A stretch of 58,598 nucleotides of DNA from an uncultured Clostridiaceae bacterium (GTDB taxonomy: Bacteria; Bacillota_I; Bacilli_A; RFN20; CAG-288), in the NCBI GenBank assembly GCA_964427595.1, contig CAYRUQ010000006.1, positions 1-58,598 of the forward strand, in the 5' to 3' direction. The translations under genes were made by a program, and so were the position numbers. The notes under the pieces were generated by a model. It made no database searches. It was not told the origin of the DNA and worked only from the letters and a program-made list of their open reading frames with translations. Positions within the stretch are counted from its first letter, which is position 1; every line of letters begins with the position of its first letter. Of the stretch, positions 38,588 to 48,230 are shown in pieces.

Positions 38588-39261
38588 GAGGTGTCATATT
38601 TGATTTCAATGGGACGATGTTTTTGGATGAAGACAAACATATCGAATCTTGGAAGAAGTTCGCTCTCGATGAATTCTCATTTGACTTGAAGGACGAAGAT
38701 TTTGATAAGCATGTCCATGGAAAGAACAACGCTGATATCCTTTCTTATCTGACTGATAGAAAGCTCTCTAAAGAAGAGGTCTTCAACTACGCTAAAAAGA
38801 AAGAATTGATGTATCAAAAACTCTGTGAACAAGACAAGAAGAATCTTCACTTAGTCGACGGACTTGAAGATTTTCTCTTCAGTTTAAAAGAAAGAGGAAT
38901 CAAACTAGCAATTGCAACCGCCAGCATGAAACCGAATGTCGACTGGTATATAAAGACTTTTGAACTGCTTCGTTTCTTTGATGAGAAGAACATCATTTAC
39001 GATAATGGAAATCTTGAAAGAGGGAAACCAGATCCTCTGATTTATCAAATCACATTTAAAACTTTAGGGATTGAAAAAGAAGAGGCGGTCATCTTTGAAG
39101 ATTCCTTCTCTGGTCTTACTAGTGCTGTCGCTTCAAAGGCTAGGTATGTCGTCGCAATCTCACCGACAGGAGAGACCAGACAAAATGTAAAAGGCGTTTC
39201 ATATACGATCAAAGATTTCACCAAAATGCCCAGTGAAATCGAAGTTTTTCTTTCAAAATAA
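38584..39261 (+). CDS. HAD family phosphatase (beta-PGM-like)
   Basis: IFDFNGTM, ATAS, GKPDP, FEDS. Confidence 0.88.
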   Translation: MRGVIFDFNGTMFLDEDKHIESWKKFALDEFSFDLKDEDFDKHVHGKNNADILSYLTDRKLSKEEVFNYAKKKELMYQKLCEQDKKNLHLVDGLEDFLFSLKERGIKLAIATASMKPNVDWYIKTFELLRFFDEKNIIYDNGNLERGKPDPLIYQITFKTLGIEKEEAVIFEDSFSGLTSAVASKARYVVAISPTGETRQNVKGVSYTIKDFTKMPSEIEVFLSK

Positions 39262-39355
39262 AAGAATTTAGTTTCATTCGGTTACAAAAATAATTACATA
39301 AGTTAAAGAAATACTTATAATTGTTTAGATTCGTTCGTAAGGGGTAAATGTATAT

Positions 39356-41626
39356 ATGAAAAAGATTAAGCTCACTCTTTTAACACTATTGACCAGTGTA
39401 TCTTTGATTTCGTTCACTAGTTGTGATCAAGCTATTTCTTCAACATCGTCAATTGATTCTTCAATCGATTCTAGCTCTTTTGATGATAATAGCAGCGAAG
39501 AATTAGAGGCTTCATATTATTTGAGTGTCGTCTCCTATCCGGAAACCAGCGAGTACTTCCTTTATCAACAATTCGATGCTACCGGTTTAGAGGTTCATGC
39601 CATCACTTCTGTCAATGGAACTATCACTTCCAATGAGGCGATTGAGGATTATACACTCACGATCTCCAAAACTGGAGATACTCTCTCTGACGGAGATGTT
39701 TTAACTACAACTGGTTCTTCTTTAGAAATCTTAGTTGAGAAAGATGGATATGCATCCACCACTTTCACAATCGGTGTTGAAAATGTGACTCAGTTCACTC
39801 AGTCGATCACGATTGATAGTTATCCTCAGACTTATTACTATCCGGGTGAGACTTTTTCTCTTGATGGAATTTCTCTTTCATTATCAGCTAGCTTCTATAC
39901 CATCAATTCTGGAAAAAAGACTTCCAGTTATGAATTGAATGATTATGAAGTCACCATCAATGGACAGAGTGCTGAAGGTTATGTCCTTCCTAGTGAACCG
40001 ACTAGATTAGAAGCTACTATCACAGCTACTTCTTACACCGGTAGTGAGTTAACTACTAACTTCGCTATTTTTGTCATCTCTAAAACCATCACTGGACCTA
40101 GTGTCTATGAGGATGACACAATTACCTTTGAAGAAGATAACAACTCTTTAACTGTTCATATCGATGGGGAGAATATCACCGCTGAGAGCACAGGTGCTGG
40201 TGATAAGGGTTACTACAGCCCTGATGAAGTTAAGTTAGCTTCTAATTTCTATGATTACTCTAAAGATAGTTATGATAACTGGAAATACGCACCGGCTTCT
40301 TCAAGCGATGGTGAGACTCAACAGACTCCTCTTTTAGTCGTCCCTGTCGTCGTTCCTGGTTATGAGAGTTCAGCTACTCAAGAGAATTTAGAAATCATCG
40401 AGAATGCTTTCTTTGGCAAATCAGATGATATGAGTTTTGAATCACTCCACTCTTATTACTATCGTTCTAGTTTAGGTAAGCTTGATATCATTGGAACTGT
40501 CACTGATTACTTCTATGCTGCTGATGAATCGAGTGTTTTCACCAGTTCTACTATCTCTGAATATAGAGTCGGTACTTTAGCTGAAGAGTGTGCTGAGTGG
40601 GCTGCTGAAGTCTATGGATTAAACCTCCAAGATTATGATTCTGATTCTGATGGTTTGATTGATGGTATGTGGCTTGTTTATGTCGGTCCTTCTTCAAATT
40701 CTAGTACCACCTATTGGGCGTTCTCTTCAAGAGTCTCTAATAGCGGAGATGTCGATTCACCTGAGGTCAACAACTATGGTTGGTGTGGTCTTGATTTCAT
40801 CACTAGTTCTTCATCATCTCAATATGCTGGTGATGATGCTCACGTCTTGATTCATGAGACTGGTCATATGTTCGGTCTTAACGACTACTACTCTTATTCT
40901 TACTCTGGTTATGGTCCTTTAGGCGATGCTGATATGATGGATTACAATGTCGGAGATCATAATGCCTATTCCAAGATGATGTTGGGTTGGACGACTCCTT
41001 ATATCGCTTATGGAGATTGTGATATCACTCTCGATTCTTCACTTCACAACCAGTTGATCGTCATCCCTTACGATAGCAAGACTTACGAGACTGATGAAGA
41101 TGGTAAGATTCTCTTCAACCCGTTTGATGAATATTTAGTCTTAGAGTTTTATGTTCCCGATGGTATGAATGCTTACGATTATGATTACTATGGTGTAGAG
41201 ACCGTTAAGGATTACGGACTCAGGGTTTATCATGTCGACAATAGAATGATTCAAAGAAACGGAAGCACTTGGTCATTCTATGAAGATCCTGATGATGCTT
41301 TAGCTGATGACCACGGAATTAGAAATACTTGTACCTCTAATACTGAAACTAATAGCGACTATGCTTATGGTTATGGAGAGAGCCGTTTTAATGGTATCTC
41401 TAATGATGCTAACGCTTATGATGAGATCAGATGGATCACTCAAGATGGCACTTATTTAAATGCTTCTAGAAGAGTCGCTTCTAATGTTGAAAATATCCTC
41501 TTTAAAACAAACGATTCCTTCTCACTTGAAGATTACAGTTCTCAATTTGTTGATGGTGCACTTGATTGTGAAGAAGAACTGACCACCACTTTCACTGTCA
41601 CTTCTATCAATTACTCAAGATCCTAA
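39356..41626 (+). CDS. Lipoprotein metallopeptidase (M6/immune inhibitor A-like) with N-terminal Ig-like repeats
   Basis: Lipobox FTSC, Ig-like repeats (P...Y..GE.F...G), YDSDSDGLID, HETGHMFGLNDYY zinc motif, DMM, SKMMLGW. Confidence 0.85.
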   Translation: MKKIKLTLLTLLTSVSLISFTSCDQAISSTSSIDSSIDSSSFDDNSSEELEASYYLSVVSYPETSEYFLYQQFDATGLEVHAITSVNGTITSNEAIEDYTLTISKTGDTLSDGDVLTTTGSSLEILVEKDGYASTTFTIGVENVTQFTQSITIDSYPQTYYYPGETFSLDGISLSLSASFYTINSGKKTSSYELNDYEVTINGQSAEGYVLPSEPTRLEATITATSYTGSELTTNFAIFVISKTITGPSVYEDDTITFEEDNNSLTVHIDGENITAESTGAGDKGYYSPDEVKLASNFYDYSKDSYDNWKYAPASSSDGETQQTPLLVVPVVVPGYESSATQENLEIIENAFFGKSDDMSFESLHSYYYRSSLGKLDIIGTVTDYFYAADESSVFTSSTISEYRVGTLAEECAEWAAEVYGLNLQDYDSDSDGLIDGMWLVYVGPSSNSSTTYWAFSSRVSNSGDVDSPEVNNYGWCGLDFITSSSSSQYAGDDAHVLIHETGHMFGLNDYYSYSYSGYGPLGDADMMDYNVGDHNAYSKMMLGWTTPYIAYGDCDITLDSSLHNQLIVIPYDSKTYETDEDGKILFNPFDEYLVLEFYVPDGMNAYDYDYYGVETVKDYGLRVYHVDNRMIQRNGSTWSFYEDPDDALADDHGIRNTCTSNTETNSDYAYGYGESRFNGISNDANAYDEIRWITQDGTYLNASRRVASNVENILFKTNDSFSLEDYSSQFVDGALDCEEELTTTFTVTSINYSRS

Positions 41627-41702
41627 AATTGAAAATCAATTTTAAAGCATTTAAATTGCAGATAAAGTAAGAAAAGATATAATTGCTTTTGAGGTTTTTA
41701 AT

Positions 41703-42908
41703 ATGTATTGCACTCGTAAAATAACTGACGATTTGTATTATGTCGGAGCTAGTGAAAAGAGATTAGAGAGATTTGAAAATCTCTTTCCTCTTGAAAACGG
41801 AGTCTCCTATAACTCGTATCTTTTCTTAGATGAGAAGACTTGCTTGTTAGATACAGTCGATTCATCTGTTTCCAGGCAGTTTATCGAGAATGTTGAGCAT
41901 GTCTTAAACGGAAGAAAGCTCGATTATCTAATCATCCATCATATGGAACCTGATCACTGCGCCAATATCGAAGAGATATTACTCAGACATCCTGAGACAG
42001 TAGTGGTCGGTAATGCCAAGACTTTCCTTTTCATCAAGCAGTTTTATCCTGAACTCAACTTAGAAGAGAGAAGTTTAGTCGTTAAAGAGAATGACACTCT
42101 CGCTTTAGGAAGACATACTCTTAAGTTCGCTTTCACTCCGATGGTTCACTGGCCTGAAGTCATGATGTCTTATGAATTAAGTGAAGGTTTGTTATTCACT
42201 GCCGATGCCTTTGGAACTTTCCGTGCTCTTGATGGTAATCTCTTCTTTGATCAACTTGATTTTGAACATGATTATCTTGATGAAGCTAGAAGGTACTACA
42301 CCAACATCGTCGGTAAGTATGGAACTTCAGTCCAAGCAGCTTTTAAGAAACTCACCGATTTAGATGTCAGAATGATTCTTCCTCTTCACGGTCCTGTCAT
42401 CAGAAGAAAGACTGATATCGCTTATATGCTTGATAAATACACCAACTGGTCTACTTATACTCCTGAAGATAAAGGAGTCATTATCGTTTATGGTTCGATG
42501 TACGGAAATAACGAAAATGCTGCTTATGTCTTAGCTAATCTTCTTTCTGAAAAAGGAGTGAAAGCTATCAAACTTTATGATGCTTCTAAAACGACAGCTT
42601 CCACTTTAGTAGCTGAGAGCTTCAGAGTTTCTAATATCGTCATCATCTGCCCTACTTATAACGCAAGCATCTTCCCTTCTATCGATAACTATGTTGAAGA
42701 TATTCTCAGGATGAATCTTCACGATCGTACTTTAAGTATCATACAGAGTGGAACCTGGGCTCCAACTAGTGGAAATCTTCTTAAAGCCAAGTTAGCAAAA
42801 GCTAAGTTTAACTACACTGAAACTGAGATCACCATCCTCTCTTCTCTCACTGAAAAGAACTTAGAAGAACTTGATAAACTTGCTGAAGAGATAAAAACAA
42901 CTTTTTGA
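41703..42908 (+). CDS. fprA: Flavodiiron protein (FprA)
   Basis: GVSYNSYL, HMEPDH, PMVHWPE, ADAFG, P.HG, YGSMYGN flavodoxin domain. Confidence 0.95.
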   Translation: MYCTRKITDDLYYVGASEKRLERFENLFPLENGVSYNSYLFLDEKTCLLDTVDSSVSRQFIENVEHVLNGRKLDYLIIHHMEPDHCANIEEILLRHPETVVVGNAKTFLFIKQFYPELNLEERSLVVKENDTLALGRHTLKFAFTPMVHWPEVMMSYELSEGLLFTADAFGTFRALDGNLFFDQLDFEHDYLDEARRYYTNIVGKYGTSVQAAFKKLTDLDVRMILPLHGPVIRRKTDIAYMLDKYTNWSTYTPEDKGVIIVYGSMYGNNENAAYVLANLLSEKGVKAIKLYDASKTTASTLVAESFRVSNIVIICPTYNASIFPSIDNYVEDILRMNLHDRTLSIIQSGTWAPTSGNLLKAKLAKAKFNYTETEITILSSLTEKNLEELDKLAEEIKTTF

Positions 42909-43011
42909 AAACTCAACATTTTGTAGTTTTCTGTATGTTTTTAGTTAAAAATATAGTAATATTTTAAGCACTGGGACAAAGCGGTCTTAGGTGTGGAGAA
43001 AAATAATTGAC

Positions 43012-43776
43012 ATGACAACAATTGAGAACCTTATAAACAATTTTTCAACACCAACTTTCGTGATTCAATTTGTAATCACGGTTCTTTTCATGTTGACTAT
43101 TACTTTCTATGTCGCCTATAAAATCAAAAGATTAGCTTCAACCGCTTTCTATGCTGTCTTCGATATCTTTTTCGTCATCGCTTATATCTTCGACTTCTCA
43201 TATATGATTTTGATCTCTGCTGTGATTCTAGTCGGTGGCACGATTCTTTTCCTTTATGTCAACTCTGGTATCATCCGTTCTTATGTCGCTATTTCTCTTA
43301 ACAAAGGTATTTCTAAGAGCAAAGTTGATTATGATAAGGAAAAGATGATTGAGGATATCATCACCGCTGTCAACTGGCTTAGTGCTAATAAAGTTGGTGC
43401 CTTAATCACTTTTGAAAGAGAGACTCCTCTTGATGAGTTTATCAAAGACGGCTCCCACATAAATTGTCCTGTTACTCCTGAGATTATCGAAACTATCTTC
43501 TATGAAGGAACTAGACTTCACGATGGTGCTATCGTCATCAAAGATGGTTTGATAGTCGCAGCTGCTGTCTACTATCCGCCATCAACTAAAGTAGTTGTCG
43601 GCAAGTTTGGAGCTAGACATAGAGCTGCTCTTGGAATATCTGAAATCACTGATGCTATCACGATCGTCGTCTCTGAAGAGACTGGAAGAATCTCTATCAC
43701 TCATGGAGGACTGATCGATAACATCAAGGATGATGAGTTTGAACACATCTTCCGCAATCAAATAGCTAGTAAATAG
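43012..43776 (+). CDS. dacA: Diadenylate cyclase CdaA/DacA
   Basis: Three N-terminal TMs, GALI..ER, LHDGA, G.RHRAA.G.SE..DA..IVVSEETG. Confidence 0.95.
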   Translation: MTTIENLINNFSTPTFVIQFVITVLFMLTITFYVAYKIKRLASTAFYAVFDIFFVIAYIFDFSYMILISAVILVGGTILFLYVNSGIIRSYVAISLNKGISKSKVDYDKEKMIEDIITAVNWLSANKVGALITFERETPLDEFIKDGSHINCPVTPEIIETIFYEGTRLHDGAIVIKDGLIVAAAVYYPPSTKVVVGKFGARHRAALGISEITDAITIVVSEETGRISITHGGLIDNIKDDEFEHIFRNQIASK

Positions 43777-43778
43777 CA

Positions 43779-43802
43779 GAGTCACCTCCGGGTGACTTTT
43801 TT
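43779..43802 (+). terminator. Intrinsic terminator after dacA
   Basis: AGTCACC-TCCG-GGTGACT followed by T-run. Confidence 0.88.
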
Positions 43803-43938
43803 GTTGCCAGTACAAAGATAGGAATACTAAATCTAGGATAACATTTCTTTTAAAAGAGATAATTATTGTAAATTCTCCCATACAATTCGTTCTCTAGATA
43901 AAGAAGTCTTTCCCTCTATTTTGTGGTATTCTTAACAC

Positions 43939-44607
43939 ATGCAAAACCGATACGATTCATTCATTTTTGATCTTGATGGCACTCTCTGTGATACTCTTCC
44001 TGATATTAGAGAGGCTTGTAATTATGCACTACAATCTTTCTCTTTACCGACCAGAGAACTAAGTGAGTTTCCTTCTTTTGTTGGTGAAGGATCAATAGTT
44101 ATGCTCAAAAGAGCTTTGAAAGACATCATCTTAAAAGATGATGAATTTAAAAAGCTTTATGATATCTATCATCACTACTATATGACTCATTCAGTTGTTA
44201 AAACTAAAGCTTATAAAGGCATGCAGGAAGTCTTAGATAAGGCTAAAAAAGCTAATATCAAGTTATTCGTCTATACTAACAAACCTGATGATTTAGCTGT
44301 TGAAGTCATCAATTTTTGCTTCAAGAAGAACACTTTTGATAAAGTAGTCGGTATTCCTTATAAAGGTAAGACTAAACCAGCACCTGATACTTTCTTAAAA
44401 GAGACTTCTTCTTTTGATATCGATTATTCCAGATTTTGTTATTTTGGTGATTCTACCACTGATATAGAAACTGCTTATAATCTTCATATTCCTAATATCT
44501 ATTCTGTTTTATGGGGTTATTCAACTAAAGAACAACTCTCCTCTTTCTCTTTGAAGGCTACTAAACAATTAGAGAGAGTTGATGAGATTGGTGAGATGGT
44601 TTGTTAA
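43939..44607 (+). CDS. HAD family hydrolase (phosphoglycolate phosphatase-like)
   Basis: FDLDGTL.DT, TNKP, KPAP, YFGDS..D, VLWGY. Confidence 0.88.
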   Translation: MQNRYDSFIFDLDGTLCDTLPDIREACNYALQSFSLPTRELSEFPSFVGEGSIVMLKRALKDIILKDDEFKKLYDIYHHYYMTHSVVKTKAYKGMQEVLDKAKKANIKLFVYTNKPDDLAVEVINFCFKKNTFDKVVGIPYKGKTKPAPDTFLKETSSFDIDYSRFCYFGDSTTDIETAYNLHIPNIYSVLWGYSTKEQLSSFSLKATKQLERVDEIGEMVC

Positions 44608-44661
44608 TTAACAACGATTTGCATAATTTGTAACCAAAACAAAAAAAGCGATTTATTTACT

Positions 44662-44710
44662 TGTGGACAAATTATTTCACACACAAATAATAATGTGGAG
44701 TTTAGCACAC
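44662..44710. promoter_or_regulatory. Putative operator for the HTH-methylase (TGTG...CACA inverted repeats)
   Basis: TGTGGA at 44662 and 44694; TGTG-N8-CACA at 44694-44709, just upstream of the dpnM RBS. Confidence 0.35.
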
Positions 44711-44742
44711 TTTTAATATATATTAGTTTGTGAGGTGATAAT

Positions 44743-45780
44743 ATGCTTCAAGAACTAGTAGGTAATCGAGTTAAGCAATTTAGAATCGAAAGAGGTCTTT
44801 CACAAGATGAATTATCAATAATCACCGGTATTGATAGACCACAAATTTCCAAAATAGAACAAGGCAAAATTAATGCCACCTTAGAGACTTTGGAACGTCT
44901 TTCTTCAGCATTTCAAATTGAGACTGCAAAATTATTAGATAGTAAGGTTTCTTTACATCCATTTGTTAAATGGGCTGGTGGTAAAACTCAGTTGCTCGAA
45001 AAACTATTAGCTTATATGCCATCAAATTTTAATAACTATTTTGAACCATTTATTGGAGGTGGTTCCTTCTTTTTAAATATTGAACCATCTAAAGCAACCA
45101 TTAATGATTTCAATTTTGAACTTATATGTGCTTATAGATGTTTTCAAGATGAATTTTTATTTGAATCTCTTAAAACAGAATTAAAAAAGCATGAAGCAAA
45201 TCATTCGGAAAGTTATTATTATCAGGTTAGGTCAATGGATAAAGATGATGATTTTTTCTCTTTGCCAATTTATGTTAGAGCAGCAAGAATGATCTATCTT
45301 AATAAATCTTGTTTTAACGGGTTATATAGAGTTAATTCAAAGGGTTATTTTAATGTTCCGTTTGGAAGAAAAGAGAAAGTTATCACTTTTAGTGAGAACA
45401 ATTTCAAAGCTCTTAGGGAATATTTCAGAAATAATGATATTTCTGTACTGAATGGTGATTTTGAAGAAGCAGTAGAGACTGCTCAATTTAGAGATTTTGT
45501 TTATTTTGATCCGCCATATGATGTAATTGAGAATAAGAATTCTTTTACATCTTATTCAAAAAATGATTTTGGAAAAAATGAACAAATTAGATTAGCAAAT
45601 CTGTTTAAAAAATTAAGTGATGCTGGCGTGTTTGTAATGCTAAGCAATCACAATACTGTTTTTATTAACGAACTATATAAAGACTTTAATATTCGTGTAG
45701 TTAATGCAAAACGAATGATTAATTCTAAAGCTGATGGGAGAGGGGATGTTGAAGAGGTAATTATTACAAATTATGAGTAA
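44743..45780 (+). CDS. dpnM: XRE/C-protein-like HTH fused to a Dam-family (DpnM, alpha-class) N6-adenine methyltransferase
   Basis: aa 1-66 HTH (R.ERGLSQDEL....ISKIEQGK.N.TL.TL), then PFVKWAGGKTQL, EPFIGGG, LNKSCFNGLYRVN, YFDPPY. Confidence 0.92.
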   Translation: MLQELVGNRVKQFRIERGLSQDELSIITGIDRPQISKIEQGKINATLETLERLSSAFQIETAKLLDSKVSLHPFVKWAGGKTQLLEKLLAYMPSNFNNYFEPFIGGGSFFLNIEPSKATINDFNFELICAYRCFQDEFLFESLKTELKKHEANHSESYYYQVRSMDKDDDFFSLPIYVRAARMIYLNKSCFNGLYRVNSKGYFNVPFGRKEKVITFSENNFKALREYFRNNDISVLNGDFEEAVETAQFRDFVYFDPPYDVIENKNSFTSYSKNDFGKNEQIRLANLFKKLSDAGVFVMLSNHNTVFINELYKDFNIRVVNAKRMINSKADGRGDVEEVIITNYE

Positions 45781-46570
45781 TTCATTATATTTTGCTTCAA
45801 CAAATAATGATTTCCGATTGATATATGGTGACTCTTTTAAAAAGCTAAACAATATTGATGACAAATGTATTGACATGATATTTGCTGATCCACCATATTT
45901 TCTATCATCTGGAGGAATTTCGTGTCATTCTGGAAAACAGGTATCCGTAAATAAAGCTGAGTGGGACAAATGTTTGTTCATTGATAAAAAGATTGAATAC
46001 AATCGAGAATGGATAAGAGCTTGTAGAAGAATCCTAAAAGACAATGGAACTATTTGGATTAGTGGTACCTTTCATAATATCTATAGTATTGGGGTTGCAT
46101 TAGAACTTGAGGGTTTTTCGATAATTAATAATATCACTTGGATTAAACCAAATCCGGCTCCTAATTTGGGATGTCGCTGCTTTACAAATTCTACTGAAAC
46201 AATTTTATGGGCCAGAAAACAATTGACGCCTAAGAAAAAAGGCAAACACACATTCAATTATCAATTAATGAAAGAAGTAAATGGTGGGAAGCAGATGAAG
46301 GACGCTTGGGTTTTATCTTTGCCTAGTAAAGATGAAAAAAAGTTTGGAAAGCACCCAACTCAAAAACCTTTATCTTTGTTGACAAGAATTATTTTAGCTT
46401 CTTCAAAAGAAAATGATTTGGTATTAGATCCATTTAATGGTAGTGGAACTACTGGGCTAGCTTGTATTTTAAATAGGAGAAATTATATTGGGATTGATAA
46501 TAACAAGGAATATTTAAAGCTAACTAAAAAAAGGTATTTAGATTTATTAGAAACAAGGAGAGATGTATGA
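45773..46570 (+). CDS. dpnA: DpnA-type (beta-class) N6-adenine methyltransferase
   Basis: DMIFADPPYFLS.GG, GKQVSVNK..WD, HPTQKP, DPFNGSGTTG. Confidence 0.93.
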   Translation: MSNSLYFASTNNDFRLIYGDSFKKLNNIDDKCIDMIFADPPYFLSSGGISCHSGKQVSVNKAEWDKCLFIDKKIEYNREWIRACRRILKDNGTIWISGTFHNIYSIGVALELEGFSIINNITWIKPNPAPNLGCRCFTNSTETILWARKQLTPKKKGKHTFNYQLMKEVNGGKQMKDAWVLSLPSKDEKKFGKHPTQKPLSLLTRIILASSKENDLVLDPFNGSGTTGLACILNRRNYIGIDNNKEYLKLTKKRYLDLLETRRDV

Positions 46571-47439
46571 GTAGAAATTTTGATGATTGGCTTAAAACAA
46601 TGAAGGATAGTATAGCAACTTTTGATTACTATACAGATTTTGAAAAAGTTTATAAGAAGATTAAGTCTATTAAGAATGAGCTAAATCTTTTAAATAGTCT
46701 TGTTGGTTCTAAGAATATTAGAGGCGATTTTTTAGCTTTGTATAATCAACACCCACAGATTTTAAAAGCTATTCCTATACTAATTGCAAAACGTGAGAGC
46801 CAAATCAAAGTTATTGATAAAGATACAGAGAGAATTTTTGATTTCCAGAAACCAAATCAAACACCGGATGAATATGCAAATTTTATGGAACAAACTGGTT
46901 TATTTGAATTGATTTCAAATCGTATAACTGGCAATCTCTTTGATTATGTTATGGGTGTTGAGGTCGGAATGGATACTAATACTAGAAAAAATAGAACTGG
47001 TGCTATCATGGAAGCTCTTGTTGAGTATTTCTTAGTACAATCTGGTTTTCCCTATTATCGGCAGATGAATAAAAGTGAGATAGAAGAAAAATTTAATATT
47101 GATCTTTCTGGATTAAGCAACTCTGAGAAGGCAGAAAAACGCTTCGATTTTGTATTTTTGAAAGATGGTCAAATATATGCTTGCGAGTGTAATTTTTATA
47201 GTAGTTCCGGTTCCAAACTAAATGAGACGGCAAGAAGTTATAAACAGCTAGCATCTGACATTTCAAATATTCCTAATTTTAACTTTGTTTGGATTACTGA
47301 TGGCATTGGTTGGATTTCAGCTAAAAACAACTTAGAAGATACTTTTGATGAACTTGAAAATATGATTAATGGTTACGTTTTCAACTTGAATGATCTTAAA
47401 AATGACGCTTTAAAATTGCTACCAAAATCAAAGAATTAA
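46567..47439 (+). CDS. dpnB: DpnII-family type II restriction endonuclease (GATC)
   Basis: YTDFEKV, LN.LNSL.G, DYVMGVEVGMD.N.RKNRTG, KRFDF, ECNFY..SGSKLNETARSY, FVWITDG. Confidence 0.93.
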   Translation: MSRNFDDWLKTMKDSIATFDYYTDFEKVYKKIKSIKNELNLLNSLVGSKNIRGDFLALYNQHPQILKAIPILIAKRESQIKVIDKDTERIFDFQKPNQTPDEYANFMEQTGLFELISNRITGNLFDYVMGVEVGMDTNTRKNRTGAIMEALVEYFLVQSGFPYYRQMNKSEIEEKFNIDLSGLSNSEKAEKRFDFVFLKDGQIYACECNFYSSSGSKLNETARSYKQLASDISNIPNFNFVWITDGIGWISAKNNLEDTFDELENMINGYVFNLNDLKNDALKLLPKSKN

Positions 47440-47649
47440 AAATAGACAAGTAATCATACATAGAAAAGCTTAAATGTTTGCTTGAATAGAATAGTAATTT
47501 AAACGAGTTTATTAAGCAAAGTAATCATGGCTTTATTGAAATACCTTTCCAAAAACAATTTAACTAATTATACGAATGTGGATTGTTGCAATTCTATACT
47601 TCTAAAGGGTAAAATATTTTTTAATATTTTTTAAATAAGGAGCCTCGAA

Positions 47650-48213
47650 ATGATAGTTTTGACAGGGCCTTCTGCATCAGGAAAAACAGCTGCTTGTCTC
47701 TATTTGCAGGAGCATTACAACATCAAGAAGGTCGTCACTCACACTACCCGTGCTCTTAGAGCAGGTGAACAGGATGGTGTTGACTATCATTTTGTAAGCA
47801 TGGATGAATTCTTAAAGTTAAAAGAAGAAGATGCTTTTATAGAGACTGTTCTATATAACGGAAACTATTATGGAACTTCTAAAGCAGAAGTGAAATTAGA
47901 TAAATGTATGGCTGTTGAATTAGAGGGTGCTAAGACTTATAGAAGCCTCAACGATCCTATGATAGTTCTCTTTTATATGAAAGTAGATGAGAGCATCAGA
48001 TTGGATAGAATGCATGAAAGAGGCGATGCTGAAGAGAAGATTCAATCTAGAATCAAGAATGATAGAGAAGTTTTTAAATTAGACGACAATATGAAGAAAA
48101 TGATTGATGTCATCGTCGATACCGAACATCATGATGTTAAAAGTGTTTCTGACTTCATCTACGATAAATATGTAAAAATCTTAAAAGAAAGAGGAATTAC
48201 TCTTAAGATTTAA
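47650..48213 (+). CDS. Guanylate kinase-like protein (second paralog)
   Basis: GPSASGKT, HTTR..R.GEQDGVDYHF, YNGNYYGTSK. Confidence 0.85.
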   Translation: MIVLTGPSASGKTAACLYLQEHYNIKKVVTHTTRALRAGEQDGVDYHFVSMDEFLKLKEEDAFIETVLYNGNYYGTSKAEVKLDKCMAVELEGAKTYRSLNDPMIVLFYMKVDESIRLDRMHERGDAEEKIQSRIKNDREVFKLDDNMKKMIDVIVDTEHHDVKSVSDFIYDKYVKILKERGITLKI

Positions 48214-48230
48214 GAGTGTGGAGGTTTTTA

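Noticed and set aside
44743-47439. GATC avoidance within the DpnII operon
   Set aside because: Several GATC sites are present (e.g. near 45291, 45508, 45887, 46427, 47101, 47392), and GATC is abundant across the window
47448-47528. AAGTAATCAT direct repeat downstream of dpnB as a target-site duplication
   Set aside because: Both copies lie on the same side of the RM operon, and no matching copy was seen upstream of dpnM
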